A stretch of 64,000 nt of DNA from Hypanus sabinus (Eukaryota), in assembly GCF_030144855.1 (NCBI RefSeq), contig NC_082733.1, forward strand, positions 15,996,001 through 16,060,000. Direction: 5' to 3'. Below the pieces are notes generated by a model. It was not told the DNA's origin. It did not search any database and saw only the letters and a list, made by a program, of their open reading frames with translations. Positions 39,305 to 53,664 of this stretch are shown here, piece by piece. The translations under genes were made by a program, and so were the position numbers. Position 1 is the first letter of the stretch; each line of letters opens with the position of its first letter.

Positions 39305-40090
39305 CAGGAATCTCAGGATCAGAATCGGGTAGACATGCGTCATGAGTTTTGCAGTTTTGTGTAGTGCAAAGGCATAATATTGCTGTAAATTATAAAAGAA
39401 ATAATGCATTTTTTTAAAAAGGGACAAGGAACTAGTGTTTATGGTCCACAGACCGTTCAGTAATCTAACGGCCGAGGGGGAGGAAGTTTCTCCTGGATTG
39501 TTGATTGAGGATGTACCTCCAGCCCGATGGTAGGACGAGAGGTGGGCATGTCCCGGATGATGAGGACCCGTAGTGATCCGAGCCGCCTTGCCCTTGATGT
39601 TGGGGAGAGCTGTGCCCGTGATGGAGCTACACCCATCTGCAGCTTCTTTCGGTCCTGTGCATTGGCGCCTCCAGACCGGGCTGTGGGGCAAGCTGCAGAA
39701 TGCTCTCCACTGTTCATCTGTGGAAATTTGCTGGAGTCTTTATCACTTCAGATTCGAGTTGCCGGCATACCTTCTTCGTGATTGCATCAATGAGTGCGGC
39801 TCAAGATAGAGCCTGTCTGATATCGACACCCACCCTCTCCGCCGCTGACATCCCCTTCCTGAAGCTGACAGTCGGTTCCTTGGCCTTGCTGATGTTAAGT
39901 GCGAGGTGGTTGTTAGCAGCCGATCTATCTCACTCCGACATGTCTCTTTGTCACTATCTGACATTCTACCGGCAACAGCGGTGCCATCGGGGAATTTACA
40001 GATGGCGCTTGAGCTGGCCACCCAGTCATGATTGGAGAGTTGCGCTGTGGGCTAAGCACACATCCTTGAAGTCAGCAAGGAGAAGTTATT
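39305..40090 (-). mobile_element. Rex1/Babar-like LINE 3' part
   Basis: SSAICKFPDGTAVAGRMSDSDKETCRSEIDRL; ITTGPHHPGH; (atcaga)-type tail at 39305-39325. Confidence 0.8.
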
Positions 40091-40549
40091 ACCGATTTGC
40101 ACTGTTTTGTACAGTTTATAAATCTTGGAAAAAATCTACCCAACATTTTTTTTGTGTTTGACTGACACTTATTGCACAAAATAGAGGTAGATCATTCAGC
40201 AGGACATACCGGAGTCAGGATTGGAGATAAGCATGCACCAGAAGTATGGTTGCGTTCTGCCCCTGAAGGATGCTGGTGAACTAGACTGGGGTTTATTTTC
40301 AACCATCTAGGGCAACCATTGTGAATATCAAATAATTCATCAGCCTCTACCCTGAAATGGGTTCAGCATCTGAAGCCTCCTGGTTAGAGAATTCCAAAAA
40401 TTCACCACCCTCTTGTTTAAGAAGTTTTTTTTTATAATATCTGTCCTGAATGCCTGTCCCACTGTACTGAACCCTGTTTTTATGAACATTGGATTGGGAA
40501 AAGGACAACTTTGCATCTACCCTGTCAAGCCCCATAAATCTTAAGTATA

Positions 40550-40745
40550 GTGCCTGCAAACTGGGTTCAATTCTGCCGCTGTCTTTCAGGAATTTGTAGA
40601 TTCGCCCTGTGGCCATGTTGGTTTCTTCCACATGCTCTGGTTTCCTCTCATTCCAAAGACATATGGATTAGTAGGTTATTGAGCTAGATAGGTAATTGCG
40701 TGGTATGGGGGTTATTGGGCCTGCTACTGTACCAAATCTCTAAAC
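40550..40745 (+). mobile_element. V-domain tRNA SINE fragment
   Basis: B box gggttcaattc, then aggaatttgta...ggtttcct..cattccaaagac core. Confidence 0.65.
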
Positions 40746-41139
40746 TTACTGTTTGCCTTATTGCTTGGCAAACTTTCATGTTAACTTCAGTTGTTCCAGT
40801 AAAAGGTTATTCAATTCATTCTGAAACCCCACATTTTCAATGTCCCACCAGTTAAAAACATACTCTACTTTTCTATTGCCCAACCTAAGTACATGACCTC
40901 AATTTTTCCACATTGTTTCATACTGAAAGCTTTTCTGTCTTCTTCCATGGAGATAGGCATAAAATCGTTGTTTAATTTCTCAGACATTTTGTTATCACTG
41001 AATATAATCTCTCCTGTTTCAGATCGTAAGATATGAACTTTTAACTGATCTTTTTCATCTTTTCAACATAAATCTTCTTGATTTTATGCTTTTCACCAAA
41101 CTTTTGTACTCTGTTTCCTTTTTTTAACAACATCTTCAA

Positions 41140-44100
41140 AGTTAAAAGTAAATGTAATGTCAAGTATATATCTGTAACCATATATATTTTCTTGCAGGCA
41201 TACTCATTAAATCCAATAACCGTAGTGGAATCAATGAAAAACCGCACAAACTGGGCAAACAACCAGTGTGCAAAAGACAATAGACTATGCAAATACAAAA
41301 AGGAAGTATAAGTGAATGAATCAATGTATAAATAAACAAGCAAGCGACCAATAAATATCAAGAACGAGATGAAGAGTCCTTGAAAGTGAGTCCATAGGTT
41401 GTTGGAATATTTCATTGATGGAGCAAGCGAAATTAACCCCTTTGGTTCAAGAACCTGATGGTTGAGAGGTAATAACTGTTCTTGAACCTGGTGGTGTGAG
41501 TCCTGGCACTCGTGTACCATCTTCCTGATTTCAGCCACAAGAGGAGAGCATAGCCTGGCTAGTGTCCCTGATGATAGATGCTGCTTTACTGCAACAATGC
41601 TCCATGTAGATGTACGGTACTCAGTGGTGTGGAGGGCTTTAGATGTGACAGACTGAGCTGTATCCAATACTTCTTCTAGGATTTTTCACTCAAATACCAA
41701 TCAATATACTCTCCAGCACACACCTAGAGAAGTTTGTCGAAGTTTTAGGTGTCATGCCAAGACCTCACAAACTCCTAGGGAAGTAGTGCATTCCTTATAA
41801 TTGTACTCACAATTGTACTTACAATTGTAAGCTTGGTCCAGGACAGTTCCTCTGAAATTGTAACACCAGGAAATTTAAAGTTTCCATCCCTCTCCACTTC
41901 TGATCCGCTGATGAGGACTGGCTCATGGACCTCCAGCTTCCTCCTCCTTGAAGTCCATAATCAGCTCCTTGGTCTTACTGACATTGAGTAACAGGTTGTT
42001 GTTATTGCACCAATCAGCCAGATTCTCAATCCCCCTCCTGTATGCTGATTTATCACCACCTTTGATTTGGCCAATGGCAGTGGTGTCGTCAGTAGACTTG
42101 AATATGGCACTGAAGCTGTGCGTAGCTACACAATCATAGGTGGAAAGTGAGTTGAGCAGGGTTCTAAGTGTACAGTCTTTGGGGTGCACCTGTGCTGATG
42201 TGATTATGGAGGAGATGTTGCCAAACCGTACTGACTGGGGTTTGAAAGTGTGGAAATTGTGGATCCAATTGCACAAGGAGGTATTGAGGCCAAGGTCTTG
42301 AAGCTTAATGATTAGTTTTGAGGGGATAGTAGCATGGAAAGCTGAGTTGCAATTGATAAAGATCATCTTGAGGCATGCATCTTTACCATCTAGATGTTAC
42401 AGGCTTGAGTGAAGAGCCAATTGCATCTGCTGTGGACCTGTTATGCTGGTAGGCAAATTGGAATAGATCCAAGTCACTTCTCAGAAATGATTTGATATGT
42501 TTTGTCACCACCCTATCAAAACACTTCATCACTGTGGATGTAAGTGCTATTGGATGATAGTCATTGAAGCAGGTTAACACATTCTTAGGCACCGGTATAC
42601 AGTAATCGAAGCCTGCTTCAAACAGGTGGGTATTTCAGACTGCTGAAGCAGGAAGTTAAAGATCTCAGTGAACACCCTAGTCAGGTGCTCAACACAGGTC
42701 TTTAGTACTTGGTCAGGTACTCTTATCTGATGCTTCCCAAGGGTTCAGCTTCCTTACAATTTGCTCACACCTTGGCCTCAGAAACTGAGGATCATCCGGG
42801 GCTCATCAGGATCATCGGGGGTTGTGGGAGTTCATGATGATTCCTGTATAATTTGACAGTCAAAGTGAGCATAGAAAAGTTTTGAGCTCATCTGGAATTG
42901 AAGCACTGTTGTCACCTTTGCCTCTTGATTTTACTTTAAAAGAGGTGATTGTGTTCAAGCTTTGCCACAGCTGATGAGCATCCTACATTGATTCATGGTT
43001 CATCCAGAATTGCCTCTTCTGTGAGATGGCTTTCCAGAGATCTTACGTGGACCTCTTGTAACTTTCTTGATCACCAGACATAAATGCCTTTGACCTGGCC
43101 GTTGGTAGACTATGGATCTCCTGGTTCATCCAGGGCTTCTGGTTGGGGAAATCTCTAAAATGAGGACACGCGGGTCCGCAACGGTTTTTATAACGTCCAT
43201 GACTCAGATCCACAAATGAGTCCTTGAACACAGCTCTGTCCACTGACTTGAAACAATCCCTTAGCTATTCCTCTGCCTCTGTGACCACCTATTTCTTGCC
43301 CTATTCTCTGGAGCCTTTTCCTGTGTGCAGGTAGGAGAAGGACAGCCAAGTGATCAGATTTCCCAGGGTGCCATCTGGACATGGAACAGTAGGCATTCCT
43401 TATCTTAGTATAACTGTGGTCTAGTGTTTTGGGACCTCTTGTGCTACAGTTTATATATGTTGGTGGTAATTGGGCCAGACTGAAATCCCCGACTATGATA
43501 TGGAATAACATTCAGATAGACAGTTTCTTGTTTGGTAATCACTCATGCAGAATCTCAAGCCCCTGGTTACAATTGGCTGCTGGTGGTATGTTAACTGTGG
43601 TCAGGATCATGGAGGAGAACTCCCTTGGTAAATAGATTGGACAGCATTCGATCATTAGATATTCAGATCGGGGGAACACAAGTTCAACAAAACTGCCACA
43701 TCAGAGCACCACATAGACTTTATCATGAAACACATACCCCCATCTCTTGCCTTTTCTGAATCCACAGTTCAGTCCATCCTGTGTATTGAGAAGCTTTCAA
43801 GTCTGATCGCCATATTTGGCATGCTGGGAGTAAGCCATGTCTCAGTAAAACACAGAATAAAACAATTTCTCATTTCCCTTCAATACATGAATTTTGCCCT
43901 CAGGTACCCAATTTTGTTCTCCAGCGACTACACATTTGCAAACAAGAAGCTGTGTTAGAGGAGGTCTGATTCCTTTGTGTTTCAGCCTGGCTTGGAGTAC
44001 CTCCCTCCTGCCTTGCTTCCGGCCATGGTGATGAACCTTCGCTTAAAAGTGCTGTATCCGCTTGCTTGAGAGTTAAATCTACCAAGTTCTTCAGAAAGGC
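41140..44100 (-). mobile_element. Rex1/Babar-like LINE, about 3 kb, endonuclease plus RT, decayed
   Basis: APE IIVGDF...TRGPKTLDHSY...GKSDHLAVLLLP; RT CFNDYHPIALTSTVMKCFDR...QFAY..NRSTADAI; SAF..I.P..LIIKL, K.TDDT, KTKELIMDF. Confidence 0.9.
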
Positions 44101-44299
44101 GTGGAATCTGTAGTTCATTAAGTCAATTTAAAAGTACATCACTTGGAGGGAAATTACGTGCTGCAGACTGCAGTGAGAGTAATTCAAAAGAAAAATGTTT
44201 ACTGGTCCTCCTTTGTTAAATTCTGTAACTTATCAATTTTCAGGTTTAATGCTTTATTTGGCATCATGGCCTGCCATTTGTTTTGGCCTACTACATTCA

Positions 44300-45990
44300 A
44301 CTTCTGGACTACTTTGGATACTGAGCACACAGTAAAGTGTATATTCGGTTGATGTTAATCGATTACAGCTCAGCATTCAATATCATCGTCCCCTCAGTAT
44401 TAATCGCAAAGTGTCTAAATCTGAGCCTTTGTACCTCCCCTGCAAATGGATCCTTTATTTCCTTATTGAGAGACCACAGTTAGCATGGATTGGTGATGAC
44501 ATCTCCTCTTTGCTTTTGGATCTGGAGATAATGTTGTCCAGATGGTTGTTGGGAAGTCAAAAATGAGGTGAAAATCTCACCGTTACAGCCATTTTGTTAG
44601 ATGCTCTTCATAATACCGGCCAGATAGAGTCAACCTGTATCAGCAAGGCAAGAGAGAAAAGGCAAAAACAAAAGACAGGAGACCTTATGTTCACTTATTT
44701 ATTGTGCAAAGTAGTTGAAGCTGATTAGATAAGGGAATTTACTCTGGAAGGAACAGTCTGTGAAACAAGGACAGTCTTGATTTGTGCTACCATAATATCT
44801 TGTGCTCACAGACCAAGAAGCGATGCAAGTATAGAACCATGTACAAATAACTGAACATCTACTGATAATTTATAGGCAAACAGCTGAATATACAAATATA
44901 TAAGCAAGAGTAACAAAATTTTTTGAAAAACAGAGAAGTAACAATTGAAATAGCAATTTAGACTTTAATCTAGCATTGCTGACTTGATTGTTTGATGGCA
45001 CAGGCACACCTCTAGGACGTGCTTAGCCTAGTGCTCGATTCTCTCAATACTCATGTCTGTGTAGATACCATCAAATGCATATACATTGTCTGTCCAGAGT
45101 TTGTACATTCTCCCCATTGACTGCTTGGGTTTCCTCCAGGTGCTGCAGTTTCCTCCGACATTATAAAGACCTATGGTTTAGTGGGTTATTGGTCACATGC
45201 GTATAATTGGGTAGTGCGAGCTTGTTGGGCCAGAAGGCCCTGTACTGTGCTCTATCAATAAATAAAATAAGAATAAAAATTCAGAGTTGACACCACCGTT
45301 GTTGGAAAAACCTTAGATGGCAATGAGGTGTCGTAGAGGAGTGAGATAGATCAGCTGGATGCGTATTGTCGCAATAACAACCTGGCACTCAACATCAGCA
45401 AGACTAAGAAATTGTTTGTGGACTGCAGGAATGGGAAGTCATGAGAACACACACCAGTCCTCATTGGGAGATCAGGGTTGGAAAGGGTGAGCAGCTTCAA
45501 GTTCATGGATGTCAGCATCTCAAAGGTTCTATCTTGGGCCCAATGCATTATTGCGATAATGAAGAATGCATTGCAGTGACGCTACTTTTTAAGGCGCTTT
45601 TGGAGATCTGAATGACTCCAAATGCTCTTGTAAATTTCTATAGGTGTATTCTGGAGAACATGCTGACTGGTTACATCACAGCCTGGCATGGAGGCTTCAA
45701 TGCAGAAGGATCATAGAATCTGCAGACTCGGCCAGTTCCATCATGAGCACAACCCTCCCTCCATCAAAGTCATCTTAAAGAGGTAGTGCCTCAAGAAGGC
45801 AGCACACATCATTAAGGACCGTCTCCATCCAAGATATGCCCTCTTCTTGTTACTACCTTCAGGGAGGAGGTACAGGAGCCAAGGTACACACTCAATGATT
45901 CAGGAACAGCACCTTACCCTCTGCCGCTGGATTTCTGAATGGCCTATGAACTCATGAAGACTAGCTTACTATTTTATTTTTGCACCATTT
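44300..45990 (+). mobile_element. Fragmented Rex1/Babar-like LINE with inserted pieces, including a SINE at about 45095-45270
   Basis: gattacagctcagcattcaata (DYSSAFN), NNLALNISKTKKL, FKFM-VSIS..LSW, 3' UTR. Confidence 0.7.
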
Positions 45991-46054
45991 ATTTATTTGA
46001 TCATTATGACCTTCATTGGATATTTATTATTTGTTCACTTTGAACTAAATAGAT

Positions 46055-46245
46055 AGGGGTGGCAAATGGTGCAGTGGGAGTTGCTCTCTCACAGCTCCAG
46101 AAACTTGGGGTTCAATCCTGATGTTGGGTACTGTGTGGAGTTTGCATGATCTCCCTGTAACCACGTAGGTTTCCTCCCAAATCCCAAAGATGTGGAGTTT
46201 GCTGGGTTAGTAGGCTGCTGTAAATTGCCTCTAGAATGTAGGCAA
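46055..46245 (+). mobile_element. V-domain tRNA SINE
   Basis: tggtgcagtgg A box, ggttcaatcc B box, tgtgtggagtttgcatg-tctccctgt core. Confidence 0.75.
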
Positions 46246-46249
46246 TACT

Positions 46250-46760
46250 AGAATTAGGTTTAATAGCACCGGCATATGTCATGAAGTTTGTTCTTATGCA
46301 GCAGCAATACATTGCACTATGCAATAATAAAAATTGTAAACTACAGTAAGAAGTATATATAAATCGAGATATATATAAAAGTTAAATTAACTGAGCAGTG
46401 CAAAAAAGTAATGAGGTAGTGTTAGTGGGTTCAATGTCCATTCAGAAATCGGGAAGAAGCTGTTCCTGAATCATTGAGTGTATGCCTTCAGGCTCCTGTA
46501 CCTTCTTCCTGATGGTAGCAATGAGAATAGGGCATGACCTGGGTGGTAGGGATCCTTAATGACGGATGCCGCCTTTTCAAGGCAATTGCTCCTTGAAGGT
46601 GTCCTGGATGTTGAGGGGGCTTGGACCTATGATGGAGCTGACTGAGTTTGCGTCTCTGCAGCTATCCTGATCCTGTGAAGTGCCACCCCTCATAACAGAC
46701 AGTGATGCAGCTATTTATAATTCTCTCCATGATACATCTGTAGAAATTTGCAAATCTGAA
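46250..46760 (-). mobile_element. Rex1/Babar-like 3' end
   Basis: gggaagaagctgttcctgaatc...caggctcctgtaccttcttcctgatgg is the reverse complement of the family 3' end. Confidence 0.75.
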
Positions 46761-47139
46761 GGGTGTTCAAAGTAATTTGGGGAGAACTTTAAAAAAGGAT
46801 TAATGTAGGGATAAGGGGATTAATGTTTGGTTAATGGGCAACACAGACTTGATGGACCAGAGGGACTATTTCCACGTTGTATCTCGATGACGGCAGCTAT
46901 TGTTTCATCACTGCCTGACTTTTAATGTAGTGTTTTCATTTAACATAGCTACTTCACATCATACCATCTCAAGTCTCTTTATTGAGATTTATAACCTTAG
47001 TTTAAAATTGAACTAACTCATTATATTTCTGTATTATATTTCATATTGTGATTCATAAAGTCTCCTTTAATACAGAATCCTCAATCCTCAAATTCACTTG
47101 GGTAGGCAACTGCCCAAAGATATGAGTAATGTTTTGCAA

Positions 47140-49395
47140 TCTTGATTGCCTATTAGGAAACCAGACAGGTCAGGTGACTGAAGTATGTGTAGGCGAACAT
47201 TTTGGGTCCAGTGACCATAATGTCATTAGTTTCAAGTTAATTATGGATAAGGATAGGTCTGGTCCTCGAGTTGAGGTTCTAAATTGGAGAAGGTCCAATT
47301 TTGTGGAATTGAGAAAGGATCTAGGAAGAGTAGATTGGGATAAGTTGTTTCTGGCAAGGATGTGTTCAGTAAGTGGAAGGCCTTCAAAGACGAAATTTTG
47401 AGAGTGCAGAGTTTGCATGTTCCTGCCAGGATTAAAGGCAAACTTATCAAGCATAGGGAACTTTGGTTTTCAAGAGATATTGGTGATCTGGTTAAGAAAA
47501 AGAAAGAGGTGTATAGTAGGTATAGGCAACAAGGAAGAAATGAGGTACTTGAAGAGTATAGAAAATGTAAGAAAATACTAAAGAAGGAAATCAGGAAGGC
47601 AAAAAGAAGACATGAGGTTGCTTTGGCAGATAATGAGAAGGTAAACCCGAAGGGTTTCTACAAGTATATTAAGAGTAAAAGGATAGTAAGGGACAAAATT
47701 GGTCTCCCAGAAGATCAGAGTGGTTGTCTATGTGTGGAGCTTCATGAGATGAGAGAGATCTTAAACAGTTCTTTTGCATCAGTATTTACTCAGGAAACTT
47801 GCATAGCGTATATGGAAGGAAGGGAAACAAGCAGTAGTGTCATGGAACATATAGATATTTAAGAGAAGGAGGTGCTTGCTGCCTTATAGTGAATAAAGGT
47901 AGATAAATCCCCCGGGCCTAACATGATATTTCCTTGGACCTTGAGAGAGACTAGTGTAGAAATAAAATGTCCTTAGCCATGGGTGTGGTGCTGGAGGATT
48001 GGAGGGTAGCTCATGATGTTCTGTTGTGTGAAAAAGGCTCCAAAAGTAAACCAGGTAATTACAGGCTGGTGAGCCTGCAATCAGTAGTAGGTAAATTATT
48101 GGAAGGTGTTCTGAGAGATCGGATATACAAGTATTTGGACAGCCGAGGGCTGATTAAGGATAGTCAGCATGGTTTTGCGCATGGTAGATCGTGTTTAACG
48201 AATCTTGTAGAGTTTTTCGAGGAGGTTACCAAGAAAGGAGATGAAGGAAAGGCCGTGGATGTTTAGTAAGGCCTTTGACAAGGTCCCACATGGGAGGTAA
48301 GTTCAGACACTAGGTATCCATGGAGAGGTTGTAAACTGGATTTGAAATTGGCTGTGTGGGAGAAGACAGAGAGTGGTAGTGGATGACTGCTTCTCAGACT
48401 GGAGGCCTGTGACTAGTGGTGTGCCTCAGGGATCTGTGCTGGGACCATTGTTGTTTGTTGTCTATATTAATGATCTGGGTGATAATGTGGTAAATTGGAT
48501 CAGCAAGTTTACTGATGACAGTAAGATTGGAGTAGTTGTGGACAGTGAGGAAGGCTTTCAAAGCTTGCAGAGGGATCTGGACCAACTGGAAGAATGGGCC
48601 AGAAAATGACAGATGGAATTTAATGCAGACAAGTGTGAGGTGTTACATTTTAGAAGGACAAATCAAAGTAGGGCATACACAGTAAATGGTAGGGCACTGA
48701 GGAGTGCGAAGGAACAAAGGGATCTGGGAGTTCAGATACATAATTCCCTGAAAGTGGCGGCACAGGTAGACAGGGTTGTAAAGAAGGCTTTTGGCATCCT
48801 GGCATTCATAAATCAAAATATTGATTATAGGAGTTAGGATGTTATGATGAGGTTGTATAAGACATTGGTGAGGCCAAATTTGGAGTATTGTGTGCAGTTC
48901 TGGTCACCTAACTATAGGAAGAATAAGAGTGCAGAGAAGATTTACTAGGATGTTGCGGGGTCTTTAGGAGTTGAGATACAGGGAAAGATTGAACAGGTTA
49001 GGACTTTATTCCTTGGAGAGTAGAAGAATGAAGGGGGATTTGATAGAGGTTTTCAAAATTCTGAGGGATATAGACAGAGTAAGCGTGAGTAGGCTCTTTC
49101 CACTTAGACTAGGAGAGATAAATACGAGAGGACATGGCTTTAGGGTGAAAGGGGAAAGGTTTAGGGGGAGCTTCTTCACTCAGAGAGTGGTGGGAGTGTG
49201 CAACGAGCTGCCATCTGACGTGGTAAATGCCGGGTCACTCCTAAGTTTTAAGAATAAATTGAATAGAAACATGGATGGAAGAGGTCTGGAGGTTTATGGA
49301 CTGGGTGCAGGTCAATGGGACTAAAGTTTTGGCCCAGACTAGAAGGGCCAACTGGCCTATTTTCTATGCTGTAGTGTTCTATGGTTCTATGTTTT
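47140..49395 (+). mobile_element. CR1 LINE, 5'-truncated in the endonuclease (about 2.25 kb)
   Basis: GSSDHN, NPKGFYKYI, PGNYRLVSL, SQHGF, SGVPQGSVLGPLLF, KFTDD, FFTQRVV; tail ttctatggttctatg. Confidence 0.95.
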
Positions 49396-51149
49396 TTTTT
49401 CCCCAGTGCCAGGTAACCCACTCTCTGTGTATCCCTTTCCTACTAGCACTGGTCCACCTGGGTTCTCTCTCCCTTTGGCCACCTTTTCCTTCTCCTCACA
49501 GCCTTCCCCACTTTAAGCCGATTTGTTACTCTCCTCAACAGGTCCATCTGCCTGTCACTCACATATCCAGGCTTTCTTCTACCTTGTTCTGCCTCTTCCA
49601 TCCCTTCCTCCATCTGGTTCCATACCATCACTTATCCCTTATGTGATTCCACTTGATATCTTCCAGCCTCTGAATTTACATTCCCCACACACTTCCTACC
49701 CCTGCTACCTGGCTCCATCCACCCATTTATTTTCTTATCTGTTTCCAACTAGCCTCTGTCTCCAAACTCCTCCACCAGCTCACTGTGCTCACCTATCCAA
49801 CTGCCCTCTCCTCTCCAAGTTCCAATCTTACCCCTCCCTCTCTTTTCTTTTACTAGGTGCTTCCTCTCTACTCTCTCAGTCCTGATGCAGAATTTCAACC
49901 ATAGGCTGATCCCAGCCTGTTTTACCCCTCCCTGTCACCTGTTTTTATTGGCTGCCTCCTAACTACATTCTCTCCTGAAGTTGAATCTCGACCAGAAACT
50001 TTGACTGTCTCTCTGTCTCCATAGATGCTTCTTGACACCACAGTTTTTTTAAGGTTCCACGATTTTGTCGTCATATAGCTCTTTCTCATTATCCTATCCC
50101 ACATCTAAAATGATCCCTTTCTGATTGCTCAATATTCAGTAAGTGTAAATTGGCTCAGTGTAAATCTGTCAATATATAAATAACTTCAACAGCCAAATTA
50201 TGCAGAGGATGATCCCATAAACAGAAGCTAAATGGCCATTTAATTTGGAGGAATAAATACAAACCAGCAGCCTGGGATATCTTGTTGTGTTGTATTTGTT
50301 TATTTTTTTCAACTAATGAACAAGAGGCCCCCATGTAAATATTATGTCCAAAAGATGGAATTCGGACTGCAGAGCTTCCTGCACTGAAATGTCAGGACAG
50401 GTTTTCTGCTTGCTTTCACTGGACAGGAAATTAATCCTCCAGCTGTCTGACTTGGGATTCAGAGCATCAGCACTGACGAGTGGATCAAACCACCCTTTAG
50501 GTAGCAAGGTGCCTAACATACAATGGAATAGAGAAGAATTTTATAACTTGGTGATCAGGAGCTTGAATGTTAATTATAAACCTCTGTGCTGATCCTGTGA
50601 TCACCTCGATGCCTCGCCAAGTTTCTCTGTCTAAGCACTCGTTTTATCCTTTCTTGCAAGCTGTTAGCCCCATGTTGCCATAGCAGCAGCCTGATGATGT
50701 CAGAGATACACGAGTTCTATGTCACTGTTATTCTTCTTGCCCATTCACCTTGTCCTTATGTTCAGTGCAGAATGGTACCACATTGTATGGGTAATTTTTA
50801 AACATTCATGGAAAAAACTTGAAATTGTGAATGTTCTGTAAGTTGGGTATCTTCCCTGTGATTTTATTTATAGTTACTTTATAAAGATGTGACTTTACGT
50901 AGAGCTGATGGTAACAACCTATAGAAATACATTACATTACGAGAGATTAGAGCAGTCGTGGGATTGTTGACACTGTTAAACTGGAGGGAAAATGTTGATA
51001 TTGCAATTTCCTTTGTACCTTTTGGAAAAAATACGTGGCCATCTGTGGTGGCAAAAGATGTGTATCTTTTACAATATATAAGCTTAAGAATGAGATATTC
51101 TTAAGTATGGTTATTTATTACAACATGCAGTACTCTGTAGTGCTGGAAT

Positions 51150-51650
51150 GTCGAGTGTGGCTTTGGTCACAACACCGTTGGAAGAATGTGACTACACTGA
51201 AGAGGGTGCAAAGGAGATTCACCAGGAAGCTGCCTGGGATGGGATGTTTGAGTTAACAGATTTTGGGATAGGTTGGGTTTGTTTGTCTTGGAGCAGAGAA
51301 GGCTGAGGGGGATACCTGAAAGAGTGAAACAAATTCACCAGGGGCTCAGAGTAGATGAAAGAAACTTTCCTGCGGGTGCGGTGTCTAAGACCAAAGGGCA
51401 TATCTTTAATGCATAGAAGGTTTGGAAGGGATCAGAGAAAGAGTTACTTCACGCAGAGACAGTTGAAGTCTGCAAAGCCGTGCTCGGGAAATAATGAGAC
51501 TCTCACACATTTAAATAATCACTTGAGTTGCTAAGGTATAATACAATAGGATAATAACCAAGTTGTAGTAAATAGGATTAGTATGGATAGCTGCTTGCTT
51601 GTCAGAATAGACATGGTGAACTGCAGGGCCTATGTACTCTATGATTCTGT
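51150..51650 (+). mobile_element. CR1 3' fragment
   Basis: LKRVQRRFTRKLPGM and CR1 tail. Confidence 0.75.
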
Positions 51651-51734
51651 TGCAAAGAGTACTAGAACAAGAAATGGTGGAGCGGTAGAGTGGCATAGCG
51701 GTCAGCTTAATGCTGTTACCAGTGCCAGTGATTT

Positions 51735-51980
51735 AAGACCATAACATACAGGAGCAGAATTATCCCATTTGTCCCATCAAATCTGCTCTGCCATTTCATC
51801 ATGGCTGATCCAGTTTCCCCCTCAGCCCCAGTCTCCTGCCTTCTCCCGTATCCCTTCATGCACTGACTAATCAACAATTAGTCAACCTCTACCTTAAATA
51901 TACCCAATGGCTTGGAAATCACAGCTGCCTGTTGCAACAAATTCTATAGATTCACCTCTCTCTGGCTAAAGAAATTCTTA
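51735..51980 (-). mobile_element. CR1 3' tail
   Basis: Homologous to 5423-5650. Confidence 0.8.
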
Positions 51981-52184
51981 CAGGAATTGTATAATATCAT
52001 CAGTCATTGATGTCTGCTGATCCATTAAATATTTTATCTTCTTAATTCAAAATTAAGGATTATTCTTATCCAGTCCATCTGTGGCTTGCAGCACTCTCAT
52101 GTGACAGTGGGCGCAACGGGGCATAAAGACCCAGTTGTAGATCCTGGAGAAAGAGCACAAGCTGAAAGGTAATAGGTGATACCA

Positions 52185-52385
52185 GATGTGTTCAATTCTG
52201 CCGCTGTCTGTCAGGAGCTGGTACCTTCTCCCTGTGACCATATGGATTTCCTCCGGGTACTCTGTTTCTCTCCCACATTCCTAAGGTGTACGGATTAGTT
52301 GGTAAAATGGTCACCTGGGTGTAATTGGGTGGCATAGGCTCATTGGTCCGGAAAGGCCCGTTACCATGCCGTATCTCGAAATGAA
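52185..52385 (+). mobile_element. V-domain tRNA SINE body
   Basis: gttcaattctgccgctgtctg.cagga...ttcctccgggtactctgtttc core, as at 40550. Confidence 0.7.
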
Positions 52386-52409
52386 ATAATAAGAAAGTCA
52401 TTATATGTC

Positions 52410-52820
52410 TTTATTAAATACTGACCAGCCACAACTGGGATACGGTGTTCAATTCTGGCAGCACACTTTAGGAACAATACGAAAGTCTTGGAGTAGGTAC
52501 AGAGGACGTTTACTGGGATTATTCCAGGAGCTTCATTTCTGAGGATAGGATGAAAAGCTGAGTCTGTTCTTCTCAGAAGAGAATGCACTTTGATAAATCC
52601 AATTAAAATCATGAAAAATATGAGTAAGTGAATCTGTTCTCAGTGGTGGAGAAAACATAAATGCAGGGACATTGAGAGTGATTGACAGTAGAACCAAAAT
52701 TAACGTGAGAATTTTTTTCGGATGAGGTGGAAACGCACTGCCGGAGGGAGTAGTGGAAGCAGATTCAATCTTGGCGTTAAAGAGGTAAATCCCTGTCAGG
52801 GGAAGGAAATTTTGCAGGAC
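52410..52820 (+). mobile_element. CR1 3' fragment, old
   Basis: gaccagccacaactgggatacggtgttcaattctgg (RPQL.Y.VQFW) and VQRTFT. Confidence 0.7.
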
Positions 52821-53139
52821 TGTGGGCAGGAGGAGTACTGTGAACCAGTACTTGCCTAGTACTGGTTCACAGGCAACAGCCTCATTCAAGCTTGTGACCT
52901 CTTTTGAGGAAGCTTGGGGCTATCTGTTTCAACCAGAGCAAATACTTCATTTGTCTCTGACCAGTGACCGGTTATGGGATGAATGTACCTGGATCAGCTA
53001 GCAGGCCTGGTAAACTGGTTGAGGATCCAAGGTGTATGCGATAGGGTGGGAAACAATTGCGATTTTGTTCAGGGCCACTTAGCATGATTAGAATCTAGAA
53101 TAAGGATGGATCAGTACAGGTTTCCCAATGTAAACAGAG

Positions 53140-53495
53140 TAAGACCATAAGACATACAGTAGGGGCAGAATTAGCCCTTTCAGCCCATTGAGTCTGCCCC
53201 TCTTTTCAGTCATGGCTAGTCTGTTTTTCCTTTCTACCCCATTCTTTTGCTTCCTCTCTGTAACCTTTCACATCCTCACTAATAAAGAACTTACCAACCA
53301 TCACTTTAAAGATAATGACTTGGCCATCCATGCCAGTGAATTCTGCAGATTCACCACCCTCTGGCTGAAGAAATCCCTGCTCATTTCTTTTCTAAAGGGC
53401 CATTCTTGCATTCTGAGATAGTGTTCTCTGGTCCGAGACTGCCCCACTATTGGAAATAGCCTCTCCACATCCACTTTATCGTTCAATATTCTGTA
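53140..53495 (-). mobile_element. CR1 3' end
   Basis: DVERLFPIVGQSRTREH...FFSQRVVNL. Confidence 0.85.
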
Positions 53496-53664
53496 GGTGG
53501 GAGCACCAGTGTTTATTCTGTCCTAAGCCATGTTCAACAGATCCAGAGTTAATTGCACAATGTTTCTCTATAACTGATTTCCTGTGCCCTGCAGCTTTGC
53601 CCCCAACAGATAAATTTTTACAGTTGTAAATCTAGTCCAAGGTAATTGCTAATCCCCTCAGAAC

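Noticed and set aside
41041-41667. 208-aa ORF
   Set aside because: Runs through a LINE 3' end and its AT-rich UTR; no coherent domain.
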